A stretch of 63,152 bases of DNA, the filler included, from Octopus bimaculoides (lineage: Eukaryota), in assembly GCF_001194135.2 (NCBI RefSeq). It is 6 parts of 5 records of this genome, joined end to end, with 100 filler letters (N's around TTAATTAATTAA, not from the genome) between each part and the next. Parts side by side here need not be neighbours in the genome. Positions count along the whole stretch, not along the records: positions 1 to 9,182 come from NC_068981.1; positions 9,283 to 39,412 come from NC_068990.1; 4 more parts are not named here. One strand, given 5' to 3'. The notes beneath the pieces are model-generated. The model ran no database searches and was not told where the DNA came from. It saw nothing but the letters and a program-made list of their open reading frames with translations. The position numbers and the translations under genes are program-made. Of the stretch, positions 1 to 13,149 are shown one piece after another. Within the stretch, counting starts at the first letter, position 1, and each line of letters begins with the position of its first letter.

Positions 1-41
<41 letters not shown>

Positions 42-974
42 TATAAACAAACACCCATTGTACCCCAAAATAAAATTTCCTCTGTATAAACATAACAGGT
101 TTCTTAGTGTCTTGCCCCTTTAACTGGTAATTAAAATCATGATGTAAAGTCTACCCCTACCCTGTCCCTTTTTATAGACAGTTACTTATATCCAACTGAC
201 TACTCCTAACCTGTTATTTCCTCACTGAGGAAAAGGGATACGTAAGACAATATTTATGACCATATCTAACCATGAACTGTCAAATAACTCTTGTCCTTTA
301 TTCAAAATAGATAGTCTTCTGGTCTTAGCTTTAGTAGTTGATAAAAAGATAAATGAATTAAAAATGAATTGCAATTCCTTACAACACTATGGCCCCAGTA
401 AGCTTCATGAGATTCTTGGAAATGTAGTCTATTCTTCGCTACAATAGCAATAACATCTTGATCTGTTAAAATATTTTAGGAAATTTATATTACTGTATCC
501 TACTTGTCAAAATTCTATTTATTTATTTGTGCAGCTGAAGATGACACTGCATTTAAATTGATGTAATGATTGCATTGTTCAATTAAATGGAACCGCTTGA
601 AACTGTCGTACTGCATCACTACTTGATATCTTGTTGCTTATTTTGATTTTATATATATATTTCCTTCCAACTTGTATACACAAAATGACATAGATACGCA
701 CATATGTAAATGAAATAGGAAACTGTTCTTATTTCTATTCATTAGTCACACAATACTTTTATATATACTTTTAGGCACCAACTTGCAAATAGCGAGTAAG
801 CCTGCGTCGTCTTTGTGAAATTCACCCTGGAAGAAATTTGAAGCTGTTCGCTGAATAAAAAGTTTTCTAATAACCTAAAGGCAAGTATATTTCTCTATAT
901 GTAACAAACCCCTGAATTTGTAAAACGGAAGATTAACTGTTATCCTTAGCTCGCTGTGCACAAATCATCCGTCT

Positions 975-2002
975 ATGATACAGAAAGGCTAAGACATGCG
1001 GTCATTGTTGCTGTATATGTTGAACACGGCAATTTAGAATTTGTCGACTTACTAAATGTTGTAAGATCTTTTGTACACAACATTCAGATGGAACTGGAAA
1101 TCTCTAGGGAGAATGTTTCACCTGTATGAATGGGAAAAAATTATTCTAAATATATAGACACCACAATTCACGAAAGGGAAAAAAATCATTCTAAATATAA
1201 AGACACCACAATTCATTCAGTGGTTTCAAAGCATTATTGATGATGATCCTGGAAAAGTATGGGCCATCACTAAAGAACTTCAGGTCTCGGAGTTGACTTT
1301 TAGTATTGCGGTGCACAAGGATATTCGATACAAGTCGTATGTACTGAGGAGTAGCCAATCCAGACTGGTAAAGACAGGAAAAACGTTTGACATGTGTCAA
1401 TTGGCTACTTAACAAGGTTAAAAATCCTCACGAACATGGCATGCCAGCGTTCATCGCCGATGAGTAAACCGGCGACCATAGCAACAGCGTAATAGAAAAA
1501 AAGAACAAAAAAACAAATTGTTATGTGTAGTTCCTTCTGATGTTCCAAGAGTGTCTCTTGCAATTATGAATGGAATTAGGAATTATAAGTAATGAAGGTC
1601 ATGTCATGCCACTTCACATTTTCCATAGGGCGTTAGAATAAATGCTGCTGGAGACAGTTGTTAAGTTCTGAATAAATTAAGTACGCTCTTGAAGGACATA
1701 CATGCTTCAGCAAATCATAGCAGGTTCTCCCAAGGCCCATGCAAAAACAAAATGGATGTCAGATAATATTTACGGTTATGTGACACCAAAACTTTAGCTT
1801 CCAGCTCTAGAGATAAAACTCCCATTCACTACGGTTGCGATACAATTGAATCCGCAATCTCACACATATATAACTTTATTCAAGGCTGGTATTCTTCAGG
1901 TGATGTTCAAAAGGAATAATAACAATTTACTACTGGCATGTTGACGTTTCTGGTAGGCAGATTTAGGCAGTCATCGAAGCTGAAAGTAGATTCATAGTAT
2001 AG
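975..2002 (+). pseudogene. Degenerate Tc1/mariner-superfamily transposase relic (possibly maT/DD37D-like)
   Basis: Plus-strand fragments in several frames, with stops: RHAVIVAV..VRSFVHNIQMELE..NVSPV, IIDDDPGKVWAITKELQVSE..VHKDIRYKSYVLR, LLNKVKNPHEHGM..DE, PSDVPRV, SNEGHVMP and a terminal AVIEAESRFIV*. Order and motifs match the HTH and DDD regions of Tc1/mariner transposases. Left TIR not found. Confidence 0.75.
1132..1215 (+). repeat. Tandem duplication of a ~39-bp unit inside the transposase relic
   Basis: GGGAAAAAA(A)T(T/C)ATTCTAAATATA(T/A)AGACACCACAATTCA at 1132-1170 and 1176-1215. Confidence 0.9.
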
Positions 2003-2067
2003 TAGTTTAAGAAAGCTACCATGTACATAAACCTTTTATGGAAATACCCTAGGTATTTGGTGTATGC

Positions 2068-2105
<38 letters not shown>

Positions 2106-2596
2106 NNNNNNNNNNNNNNNNNNNNNNNNNNNNNNNNNNNNNNNNNNNNNNNNNNNNNNNNNNNNNNNNNNNNNNNNNNNNNNNNNNNNNNNNNNNNNNN
2201 NNNNNNNNNNNNNNNNNNNNNNNNNNNNNNNNNNNNNNNNNNNNNNNNNNNNNNNNNNNNNNNNNNNNNNNNNNNNNNNNNNNNNNNNNNNNNNNNNNNN
2301 NNNNNNNNNNNNNNNNNNNNNNNNNNNNNNNNNNNNNNNNNNNNNNNNNNNNNNNNNNNNNNNNNNNNNNNNNNNNNNNNNNNNNNNNNNNNNNNNNNNN
2401 NNNNNNNNNNNNNNNNNNNNNNNNNNNNNNNNNNNNNNNNNNNNNNNNNNNNNNNNNNNNNNNNNNNNNNNNNNNNNNNNNNNNNNNNNNNNNNNNNNNN
2501 NNNNNNNNNNNNNNNNNNNNNNNNNNNNNNNNNNNNNNNNNNNNNNNNNATGTTCTACATTATACACAGCCTTGGTTCTTTATCTCATTACGAAAT

Positions 2597-2635
<39 letters not shown>

Positions 2636-2789
2636 TGGTTGGTGTAGCTTTTAGTTCTAAAGTCGGGAGCGAGACCTTTGTCTCCTGTCCATCTTTTTAT
2701 CGTCTGTATTGCCGTCTGTTGCGTTCCTGTTCCATTTTGGGGATTTATATATATACATATGTGTGTGCGTACAATGTCATCAGATTTCT

Positions 2790-4055
2790 TGACCGCCTGA
2801 GACACTTTTGTATCGTTAGTGTAGCTGGTGAGAGTGGTTGACTGTACAACTGGTGGCATGTCTGAGAGAGCCACTATAAACAATAGTGGACCCAGAACAG
2901 TTCACTGAGGATCTCCGCTGCGGATTGATGTCTCCCTAGAGAGCGCACCATTTGCTGAAACTGCCTGACTTTTGTCCTTTAAAAAGTGTAGCCACTCTTC
3001 CAATTTTTTCATTAATACCAATGTTGCCTAGTTTGTGACATATCATTCCATGATCAACTTTATAAAATGCTTTGGCATGGCAAAATCAAGATATATCACA
3101 TCTACATTCTAGTGGTTGCGCTGCTGTTTCAGTACCCAAACATAATGTGGTAGTAGCTGTGTGAATCAGATTCTTCCTGGGCGGAAACTGCGTTGTATGT
3201 TTGTCAGCAAGTTATTCTCTTCCAGAAACGTGACCAGACCCCTGACAATGCGTTTCATGACCTTGCTAACATGTGAAGTCAGCGAGATAGGGCTCCTTTA
3301 TGGCGAGGGCATATAATAGCATCTTTTAACAGTTTGGGAAGTTTTCCATATGCAAAGAATCTCTGAAATATTATCTCCAGTGGTTTTGTGGGAGCTTTCT
3401 CGCATATACTTAGGAGAACTGAAAGAAATCCAGCTGGGCCCGTTACAGTGTTTGAGCACACCAATGGTTGATATTACATCTTCCTCTTTTATGTCGATGT
3501 AATCGATGGCTGCATTTTTCCCATGTAGGTCTGTAGTGTTGAAGAACTCTTTAGGCTCGCCCTCTTGCCAGTTCTCCAGCGGAAAGCTGAAGACTATCTG
3601 GAATTGTTTATCTAGTACTTCACCCAACCTCTACGGGTCTGCAGTTCGCGAACTGTCTTCTTCAAACAATGGCCCTATCTTGTAGTGCACTGAGGCAAAA
3701 ACTTTTGTGAACTTGTAGAAGGCTTTGGAATACATCATTAATTGTTTTTGAACCATACATCGTCAGTTCTACTATGTTATGGTCTGAGAAGATTATTGGT
3801 GTTATCTTCACGTTGTTACTAAGATTTACATTGTTTGTGAAACAAAGATCTGTTAGGTTATCATTCCTGATTGGGGGGGGGGAGTATTATTTGCTGCATG
3901 AACAACATTTCTGATAGGTCCAGTAGAGATGCATCTTGGTTACGATCTTTGCATGTCATTCCTGAGATTATGTGACCTTCGGGCCATTTGATCTTGGGGA
4001 AGTGGAAGTCACCCATCAGAAGTATATTCACGATCATGATTTGAGGCATCAGGTA
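2790..4055 (-). mobile_element. CR1/L2-like LINE relic (APE C-terminus to RT domain), frameshifted
   Basis: Minus-strand motifs in order: ILLMGDFHFPKIKW, DLCFTNN, IKEEDVI, GKLPKLLKDAIICP, PISLTSHVSKVMKRIVR, NVDVIYLDFA, VLGPLLFIV and SYTNDTK (degenerate YADD). Confidence 0.85.
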
Positions 4056-4107
4056 TGCGATAGGTATATACATGTATACATATACATAAATGAATACGTG
4101 TACATAT

Positions 4108-4152
<45 letters not shown>

Positions 4153-4370
4153 NNNNNNNNNNNNNNNNNNNNNNNNNNNNNNNNNNNNNNNNNNNNNNNN
4201 NNNNNNNNNNNNNNNNNNNNNNNNNNNNNNNNNNNNNNNNNNNNNNNNNNNNNNNNNNNNNNNNNNNNNNNNNNNNNNNNNNNNNNNNNNNNNNNNNNNN
4301 NNNNNNNNNNNNNNNNNNNNNNNNNNNNNNNNNNNNNNNNNNNNNNNNNNNNNNNNNNNNNNNNNNNNNN

Positions 4371-4418
<48 letters not shown>

Positions 4419-4634
4419 GCCTTTTATATAAGTAAACATACACACACATATATATATATATATGAATACATACACATGTATATATAAGCGTATGTATATG
4501 CATATGCATACATACATATGCACAAATATATATAATTAACTAAGTATATATGTCTGGGTGTGTGAGTGCATGCGTGCGCACGCGTGTGTTTGTAAATATA
4601 AGTTTGCACACGTATATAGACGTGTACGTATATG

Positions 4635-4700
<66 letters not shown>

Positions 4701-4939
4701 ATGTATGTATGTATGTATGTATGTATGTATGTATGTATAAGAGGTGTTTCAAGAGCGTGAGAATAGAATAGTATGTTAACTATTGTACGTACACTTATTC
4801 TTTTGAAATATTTATTCATAAGTATTGTGGATGATTTGCATCAATCAATGACTGTGTTTTGTCAAAATTCTCCAGATTCTTTAGAAGAGTTCAGTTCGAA
4901 ATATCGTTGTGTTTATATCAGATGTTACGCAAACATGTA

Positions 4940-4977
<38 letters not shown>

Positions 4978-5304
4978 TACATATATATATATNNNNNNNN
5001 NNATATATACACATACATATATACGCACGCACACACATATGTACATTAACATACATATGTACACTTATACACACTCATATACACACATATATATAATATA
5101 TATATGTGTAATATATATTATACATTAGTTGTTTACATCTCTATTGTTGAATCAGACTGGTGACGCATTTATCTAAATATACTTTTGCTTTGAGTACAAT
5201 AAAAGATATTGTTTTCTCAAAGCGTAAATATACCTACGTACCTGCCTACCTACCAATGTGCTTAATACAGAATTACATACAAACATGCATACATGTCTAG
5301 CTCT

Positions 5305-5425
5305 CAACCACATTGTTCCGGGTTCAGCCCCATAGCGTAGAATTTGGGGCAAGTCTCCTCTACTATTGTCTGGGGTCGACTAAAGCACTGTGAGTTGATT
5401 TGGTAGACGGAAACTGAAAGAAGCT
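5305..5425 (+). mobile_element. SINE family A, 5' module fragment
   Basis: Matches the 33811 copy: GGGTTCAG..GGGCAAGT..CTACTAT..TGTGAGTTGATTTGGTAGACGGAAACTGAAAGAAGC. Confidence 0.8.
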
Positions 5426-5431
5426 AACTTG

Positions 5432-5890
5432 TTCGAAAATATAAGGGCGCAGATGTGTGTTGTATAGCCAGCTGGAAATGATGTTTCCTGGGGCTAAAAC
5501 AACAGTAACATTCAACCCAACCCAGACTGCCGCATTATGCTGGCAAATAATTAATCTTTACTTTAAAATACTGTTACTGTATGTCTCTCGTTAAGAAATT
5601 TAAAAACAATAAAGTTTCTATTTAGTAGATCAGTGAATGGGTATCACTTTGAAAACCATATATTTTCGAACGGGAGTTTGGCAGCGCCATCTCAGCCAAG
5701 GAGTTATTCTGTGCCGAGGAAAAAAATATATCCCAGAAACTGTGGTCCGCAGATATTGTTTTGTGCTGAATGAGGGTGCTAAGCTCCCCTATTCGAAAAT
5801 ATAAGGACACAGATGTGTGTCGTATAGCCAGCTGGAAATGATGTTTCTTGGGGTTAAAATAACAGTTACATCCATCCCAAACCGGGACTG
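5432..5890. repeat. ~98-bp segment duplicated at a 360-bp period (5432-5529 and 5792-5890)
   Basis: TTCGAAAATATAAGG..CAGATGTGTGT.GTATAGCCAGCTGGAAATGATGTTTC.TGGGG..AAAA.AACAGT.ACAT is present twice with scattered substitutions. Confidence 0.85.
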
Positions 5891-6190
5891 TCAGTGTATG
5901 GAGAAGAGTGTATGAGCCGCACACAGGTGTACGAGTAGTTCAGACGTTTGCAAGATGGCCGAAAAGTGTCGATATTGACGAACGTTCTGCGAAACCCGCA
6001 ACCAATAGAACTAAGAAAAAACATCGCAGCTGTGAGGCGAAATCGTTGAATCATCATCCGTGAGTTATCAGAAGATGCGCAGATGAATTACAGTTCAGTT
6101 CAGTTTATTATCACTGAAAATTTGGGTATGAGTCGTATGTTTGTCAAGTTTGTGTCAAAACTGCTTTCGACTAACCAAAAAGACGAAATA
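5885..6190 (+). pseudogene. Mariner transposase N-terminal (HTH) fragment
   Basis: VYGEECMSRTQVYE*FRRLQDGRKSVDIDERS..IIRELSEDAQMNYSSVQFIITENLGMSRMFVKFVSKLLS matches the mariner MSRT.V.EW..F..GR..V.D..RSGRP...LGM....KFVP.LL pattern. Confidence 0.85.
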
Positions 6191-6579
6191 CCGCTATGCA
6201 TTTCGCCCGGCGTGCTAACGTTTCTGCCAGCTAGCCGCCTTACAAAAATGAATATTATTGAGTATGCCTTTATGCTTATATTTTCATATAAAACTTAAGT
6301 AAAACAATCATTGTTTTAAAACGAAGAAGACCACAAGTGATAGATATTATATGCCTGAAAGAATACAAGGGATGGTAACTGCTGAAACACCTTTAATGAT
6401 AGATCTCTGTGTCAACGCTAACTTGAGATTAAACAGATCAACATCAACAAGTCATCTTCTTGAAGATACGAAGAATACACCAGCTTCACTAGTCTGAAAA
6501 AAACAATAATTATAACAGATAACATCTTAATTCCTTTAATACTTCATAATCTTTTTCTCATTCAAAAATGGAAAGCATT

Positions 6580-6987
6580 ACACAATGGTTTCAGGTTCAT
6601 TCCCATAGCGCGGTAACTTGGTCGAGTGTCTTGCACTATAGCTCTGGAATGAACAAAGCCATGTGAGTGAATTTGGGAAATGAAACTGTATAGAAGCCCA
6701 TTGTATATATATATATATGTGTGTATGTGTGTGTGTTGCGTGTGTTTGTGTCTATATATGTTTGTGTTTGTGTATGTGTTTGGGTTTGCCTCGTCCGACA
6801 CCACCTGAAAGCCGTTGTTGGATTGGTTACCTCACCGTAACCTAAAGACTCAGCGAAAGAAACTGAAACGGAAAGAATAAATACCAAACTTTGAAAAAAT
6901 GTACTGGGGCTATTTTTTCCCCCTCTAAAACTCTTCGAGGCATTACCACATCATGGCTGGAGTCGAATGATTAAAACAGTTAAAAGA
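6580..6987 (+). mobile_element. SINE family A, diverged, with internal (TA)/(TG) tract
   Basis: B-box-like GGTTCATTCCC, central module, microsatellite, then the 3' module ending GAATGATTAAAACAGTTAAAAGA. Confidence 0.7.
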
Positions 6988-7068
6988 TTAATTATTTCAT
7001 AATTTGTACCAGTACAGACGCCTGAAAGGCTTTATTATCCTATCTCATTTTACGCCATGTTTTCTCAA

Positions 7069-7109
7069 AGACGTTATACAGACGTTATACAGACGTTATA
7101 CAGACGTTA
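7069..7109 (+). repeat. 11-bp minisatellite (AGACGTTATAC) x3.7
   Basis: Three perfect units plus AGACGTTA. Confidence 0.95.
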
Positions 7110-7379
7110 AGCGCAACAGGTTTTTCTGACATTGACACGAAGATAGACTTTTCTAAGATGAAGTTGACCCGTCGATTAAGCTGACCCATTTACTTGACTG
7201 TTTCTTTACTTTATCGACCATGGAACGAGGAAAAGCAAAGTTGGCTTCAGAAGGACTTAAGCTCAGAATGTAAAGAACGAGAGCGATTACACTGTAACAC
7301 AATTTTTGTCTTTGAGTAGCAACAGTTATTTGATTACCGCTTGAAAGTCTGAAACATGGCTTATATTTCCTCCAAACTT

Positions 7380-7570
7380 TGCTTTTGTTCCATTTATTAA
7401 AACCCCAAAGAATCCTTCTCAATACGTGGCTAGGATACTCCCTAACAACTCCTGCTCAAAGATGCACATATTGTCAGCCACTAAGGGACATGCTCAAGTG
7501 GTTAATGTCAAGCAACTGACAAGCAAATCTGTTGTACTGAGCGGAATATTTGTTATAATTACATTTCTTC
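7380..7570 (-). mobile_element. Dispersed repeat family E (second copy at 37683-37875, plus strand)
   Basis: Its reverse complement shares ATTTGCTTGTCAG.TG.TTGAC..AACCA.TTGAGCATG.CCCTT..TGGCTGACAATATGTGCATCT with the 37.8-kb copy. Confidence 0.75.
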
Positions 7571-8625
7571 TTCAGCAACTCAACGCTGAATCTGTCTGAA
7601 ATGCAATGAGTCAGTTTCAAAACATTGATGTCTAGGACACAAAAGCAAAGTTGGAAGAGAATATTAATCATTTCCTTTGGTTTCTATATGAAAGCAAATA
7701 AAAAAAATAACATTTAGTAACCAAAAACAAAAAGAAAAAATGTTAGTGTTATCGCAGCTCATTTTTGTCCAACACGTTAACGATTCTGTCTTTCCCCAAC
7801 GGACAAGTTTAAATGTATTAGTAGATTGTCGGATACTCTAATGTATGATTTCTGAAGGCATGTGACTCCGTGGTTAGAAAATTTGGCTTACTATCTTTAG
7901 GTCGTATGTTCGATTCCTGAAGCAAGCGGTTCGTCATGCTTTTAAAGCAATCAAATAATTTACGTCTGTCGATTTTAGTATTCTGTTTGTATTAGTTACG
8001 GCAATACATAATCTAAAATTGGAATGAGAATTCTGTTTTAGGAAATGTGTGTTAAGCCTGTATCACATTCTCCTCATTCAATGAAATAAATAAGTATGAA
8101 TTCTACAACCCAGACTACATTATCCAAATATCATTGGAAACTAAAGTATAAAACAACCACAAGGCTGATTTGGCTCCTATTTCTCCTAGATTTTCCGAGA
8201 GAAGAAGGGACTTCTCATTAGCTTTTCTTTCAAGGATAAATTAAAATTGTACGCCATTCGTGCTCCAGTCAGAGAGAAATTAAATGATATTACTATAGAA
8301 TTTATCTAGATCTTCGTGTCAATAGTGTACAAAATTACACCAAGACTATTGCATCATGCATAAACCGTAACAGCAGAAATAAAAAAAGAAAAACACAGGC
8401 ATATACCTTTCTACTATGTTTAAATGTCAAAATCCTCCTTACTATGATAGATTCCACTAAATGTCTTCGATGAGGTGTCTGTTAACCATAAGCGGAATGC
8501 AGCTATTTTCCTGCGTAACAGTGAAAGGGGTTCTTTTTTTTAAAGGTACATGTGTGTGTGTAGGTATTTATGCATATATATATGTGTGTGTGTATGCATA
8601 TGCTTGTATAGGTACATACATAAGG

Positions 8626-8698
<73 letters not shown>

Positions 8699-9113
8699 AC
8701 ATATGCATATATACATATATAGATGTATTTATATGTATATGTATGGATATTTATATTATATATTTTATATATATATATTGCTAAAGTCATTATGAGAATA
8801 TCATTCTTTGTCTATGCTAATGCTTTCGGGCAATGTATGGTATTGTCACGGATGTGTATTTACATCGTCCTTTGATGATATATTGAAGGCACGTATGTCA
8901 ATAATTGTAAAAAGATTTCTCAGTCCCCGTTTGAACGTGACTGTATGAATTCGCATTATGCACGCATGTAGCATTGTATAGATACATATCTACATATTGT
9001 ATAAGCGTGTGTGTGCGTGTGTGTGCAAAACATTATACGCACAAGCACACACACACACTCTCAAGGCACACACCAACACACATACACACATCTATATCTG
9101 TATATATATATAA

Positions 9114-9182
<69 letters not shown>

Positions 9183-9226
9183 NNNNNNNNNNNNNNNNNN
9201 NNNNNNNNNNNNNNNNNNNNNNNNNN

Positions 9227-9238
9227 TTAATTAATTAA
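9227..9238. other. Assembly gap linker TTAATTAATTAA (44 N + 12 + 44 N = 100 bp); also at 39457, 47208, 55907 and 60956
   Basis: The same 12-mer, with stops in all six frames, sits centred in an N run five times. Confidence 0.95.
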
Positions 9239-9439
9239 NNNNNNNNNNNNNNNNNNNNNNNNNNNNNNNNNNNNNNNNNNNNTGTGTGTGTGTGTGTGTG
9301 TATGTATATGTGTGTGTGTGTGTGTGTATGTATATATGTGTGTGTGTGTGTGTATGTATATATGTGTGTTTGTGTTTGTGTGTGTATGTATATATGTGTG
9401 TGTTTGTGTTTGTGTGTGTGTATATATATATATATATAT

Positions 9440-9537
9440 GTTTGGCCCTTCTTTGAATTTCCTTCTACCAAATCCATACACAAGGTTTTAGTCGGTATGA
9501 GGCTATAGTAGAAAACACTTGCCCCATGTTGCCACAC
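9440..9537 (-). mobile_element. SINE family A fragment
   Basis: Reverse complement of the central module (CTACCAAATCC..CACAAGG.TTT..GAGGCTATAGTAGAAAACACTTGCCC). Confidence 0.75.
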
Positions 9538-10693
9538 ATGTGTTCATTTTTTCTATTTTGTTTTTCATGTAATTACGTCTTCTGTATGAGGGCCAACATT
9601 ATGAGATATTCAGTCTCCCTCTGATGTGGGTCAACTATTTATTGTCGAATGCATCCTTGACCAACACTCATTGCTTATTCTCATCAGCCGTCTCTCCTAC
9701 CTACATTTTCAGGTGTTTTTATCACTCAGCTACTTTTAATATTTATTTATACAACAATTGATTACGATGCATAATCTTCTCAGTGTGCACCTTTTTTTTT
9801 TTTTTTTTAAACCACACTTCCTTTCTCTTATGTTCCTGTCATAGCTCTACGTATATAGTGCTACAACTCTTTTGCTGCTCCTTCTCTCTCTATTAGCTCT
9901 CAACTGCATGAAGCAGATCTCTGCCTGCAGACTGGATGGATATGTATGTCTCCTGCTTGAAACAGCATGTGTACATGTGCATGTGTATGTGCTGGTGTAT
10001 GCGTGTGTTTATAACTATCACATTCTATTTAATTGTATGTTTAGTTACCTAAACATATTTACATACCATAGACACTTCACACTTCTTCACAAGTATGCAT
10101 TGACCACTTTAATGATTTTGCATATGAAGTCATTAACATACTTGCCATTTCTCTCACTGAATCACACATTCTCTCATTATTCTCTCACTCTCTCTCTCTC
10201 TGTATGTCTTTTTCTCTCTATCTATCTATTTTTCATATATTTTGGAGTTATACTTGTTTGGCAAGTGACTTGTTCTGAGAATATATACTGCAGCTAAAAA
10301 CGTTTACATTGTGATAGTTATTTAAAACACAAACACACAAACATTCTCTACAATTTTCTTTAATTTTGTTATCTACTGTTAAGTGTCAAACAAGTCAGTG
10401 TACATATACACAACCTAGTCACTGACACTTTTTCCACAAATGCAGTGGGTACATTAACTGTGACTAGCTTATAGACGTCAGACAGCATTTTGGGGACACT
10501 AAACCCTATGTCATAAAACTGTTACAAAATAAATTTAAAGAGATCTATTATTATGGGTGTGTGCGTTTTGAAATATCTTTAAAATATCTACCAAGATGTG
10601 CTTGCTTAACATGTTTAGGTACATATTTAGAAACATACTTGTTTGACATACATATGCCAAAAAAAAAAATGTGTGCAGTGGTTAGAGATCTAT

Positions 10694-10728
<35 letters not shown>

Positions 10729-10989
10729 NNNNNNNNNNNNNNNNNNNNNNNNNNNNNNNNNNNNNNNNNNNNNNNNNNNNNNNNNNNNNNNNNNNNNNNN
10801 NNNNNNNNNNNNNNNNNNNNNNNNNNNNCAAAGCCATTTGATTTCATTTAATTCAACCTAAAAATTTAGTGACAACAAATCGTTGATATAACACAAACTG
10901 GTAGAGAAAGTGTCGGACAGCTGTTTCTGGAATATCAAAGTTATTGGAACATATCAAGCGAGGACTCTATAGGTTGAGTATTTCGTCAT

Positions 10990-11188
10990 TGGTGGTAACT
11001 GGTGTCATGTATAAGGAACTGGTGGTAATACCACATAAAAAGCACCCAGTAAAGTGGATGGTGTTAGGAAGGGCATCCAGCTGTAGAAACCATGCCAAAA
11101 CAGACAAGTGGAGCCTGTGCAGCTCTCTGGCTTGGCAGCTCCATCCCATGCCAGCTTGGAAAACGGATGTTAAATGATGATGATGATA
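10990..11188 (+). mobile_element. RTE-tail non-autonomous retroelement 3' end
   Basis: AGGAAGGGCATCCAGCTGTAGAAA..CCCATGCCAGC.TGGAAAACGGATGTTAAA followed by a (TGA)n tail; related to 20770-21022 and 24190-24380. Confidence 0.7.
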
Positions 11189-11202
11189 TATATATATATA
11201 TA

Positions 11203-11246
<44 letters not shown>

Positions 11247-12153
11247 CATATACAGACATACATATAAGATAGAGGGATAGAGAGCGAGAAAGAAAGAAAG
11301 GGGAGAAAGAGAATGAGAGGAAGAGAGAGATAGAGAGGGAAGGAATAAGAGATGTAGGCTGATTCATATCATGTACAAACAACACACATTTCATAAACCA
11401 CCGATGTCTTTAAAAGTTAAAACTTATCTCTTTTATTATGAGTTAGGGAGACATCCATGACAATGAAAAATTTTCTTTTTACTATCCTTATTTTCATAAG
11501 AACAAAAATCTAAGAAAAATATTGTAGGGCTTACATTTTTAGCAATAGTTCTGATAATTAATCTATAGATTGGGAAATCAACTTGTTTTGAGCAGAAAAA
11601 ACAAAGACACACCTTGACTAAATAATAAACACACACCTTATCTGCTGTTAGTCTAATTCATTTCTAACTAAACTAATTCAAGTACTACTATTTATAATTA
11701 TATAATAGCCTCTTGTGTATATCTACATAAGTATGTGTATGTTTTTGTGCGTGTGTGTGAGAGTGGGAGATAGACAGATAGAGAGAGAGAGAGAGAGAGC
11801 TGAAAAAATAGATAGATGAGAGAGAGGGAAAGACAGACAGACAGAGAGAAAGCGAGCAGAAAAGTTGTTACTCCACATTATCTACAATATCTGTAATCTA
11901 ACTATATATGCTAGCAAAATAATGTAACTTTAAGAAATTGAATAAATTATGTCAAGTATATACATGTATGTGTACTTATATGTGCATGTATGTATGACGT
12001 ATTCATGCATGTAAAAACATTTTTTTAACTGTGTGTGTACGTTTGTGTGCGTGTATGTGTGAGTGTGTGTGTGTATATGCATATATATATAAATATATAT
12101 ATACACACATACGTATGTGTGTTTGAATGTGTATCTATATATGAGTGTAAGTG

Positions 12154-12215
<62 letters not shown>

Positions 12216-12837
12216 TTTAAGACATATAAAAACATTTATTTTTAACTACACACACACAAACACATTCATAAACACTCACACACACACATACACAGATATT
12301 GATTTTTAGAATTCTTACACTCGGATTTATGATTACGTGTAAGCCAGAAAATGAGATTTAATGTTATGGTAAATGACATAACAAAATACAGCAAGGTGAT
12401 TATGAAGTTTGAGAGAGAAAGTTTCTGTTCAGTGGTAGAATCAGAAAACTGTAAGAGCTATTTTGTCTTCAACGTGTACCCTGCATTACAGAAACGTAAC
12501 TTAACATTAGCTCCAAATAACATTTACTTAGAAAGCAAAGATCTCCAAATATTTTTGTCATTTTTTTTTCTTTTTTTTTTCTTGTTCTTTTTTTTTGCTG
12601 GTTTTCATAACTTGATCCATAAAATTGAGATTCCTAGTAATTTTACCTCTCAAACGTATTTCACCTTTGTAGCAAACTGACAATGGTGGCTAACTAGAGC
12701 TGTCATCAAGCAGAACACCTTCCCCACCGCACTGTCTAATTAGCCAAGTAAACAATTACAATGAGACAGAGAGAGAGAGAGAGAGAGAGATGTTCTCATG
12801 TTTTGAACATCCAAACAACTGTTTGTAAGGGAGACCT

Positions 12838-13144
12838 GAAGGTTCATGGCTTAGTAGTAAGGGTATTTGGATCATGACCATAAGGTCCTGAGTTCAAATC
12901 TGGGCGGTGTTTTGTGTCGTTGAGGAAAACACTACTACATATTGCACCAGTCCACTCTGTGGGCAAAAGTGCATTTTACATGTAATTCAACAGGTCAGCC
13001 TTGTTGTATTGTGTCATGCTGAATCTCATTCAGAACTGTGTTAAGGCTATGTATGTCTGTGGAGTGCTCAGCCACTTGTGTGTTGATTTCATGAGCAAGT
13101 TGTTCCATTGATCGGATCAACTGTAAGCCTCATCATCATAACCA
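12838..13144 (+). mobile_element. tRNA-headed SINE family D, near full length
   Basis: A-box-like TGGCTTAGTAGTAA and B-box GAGTTCAAATC; body homologous to 23091-23288. Confidence 0.8.
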
Positions 13145-13149
13145 TTTGA

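Noticed and set aside
1053-1121. 69-nt minus-strand segment with textbook acceptor and GTAAGT donor; also ORF 1191-1415
   Set aside because: Stops in all three frames, and antisense to the transposase relic.
1472-1485. RFX X-box-like GCGACCATAGCAAC in a CpG cluster (possible ciliary-gene promoter)
   Set aside because: It lies inside the plus-strand transposase relic, near the first catalytic Asp region; the CpGs are transposon-derived.
7153-7422. 89-aa minus-strand ORF
   Set aside because: Built from a degenerate SINE B (about 7170-7280) and the edge of repeat family E.
9630-9690. Weak hammerhead-like matches here and near 26700-26752 and 52550-52595
   Set aside because: CTGAnGA is present but GAAA, stem I or stem II fails; expected by chance in AT-rich DNA.
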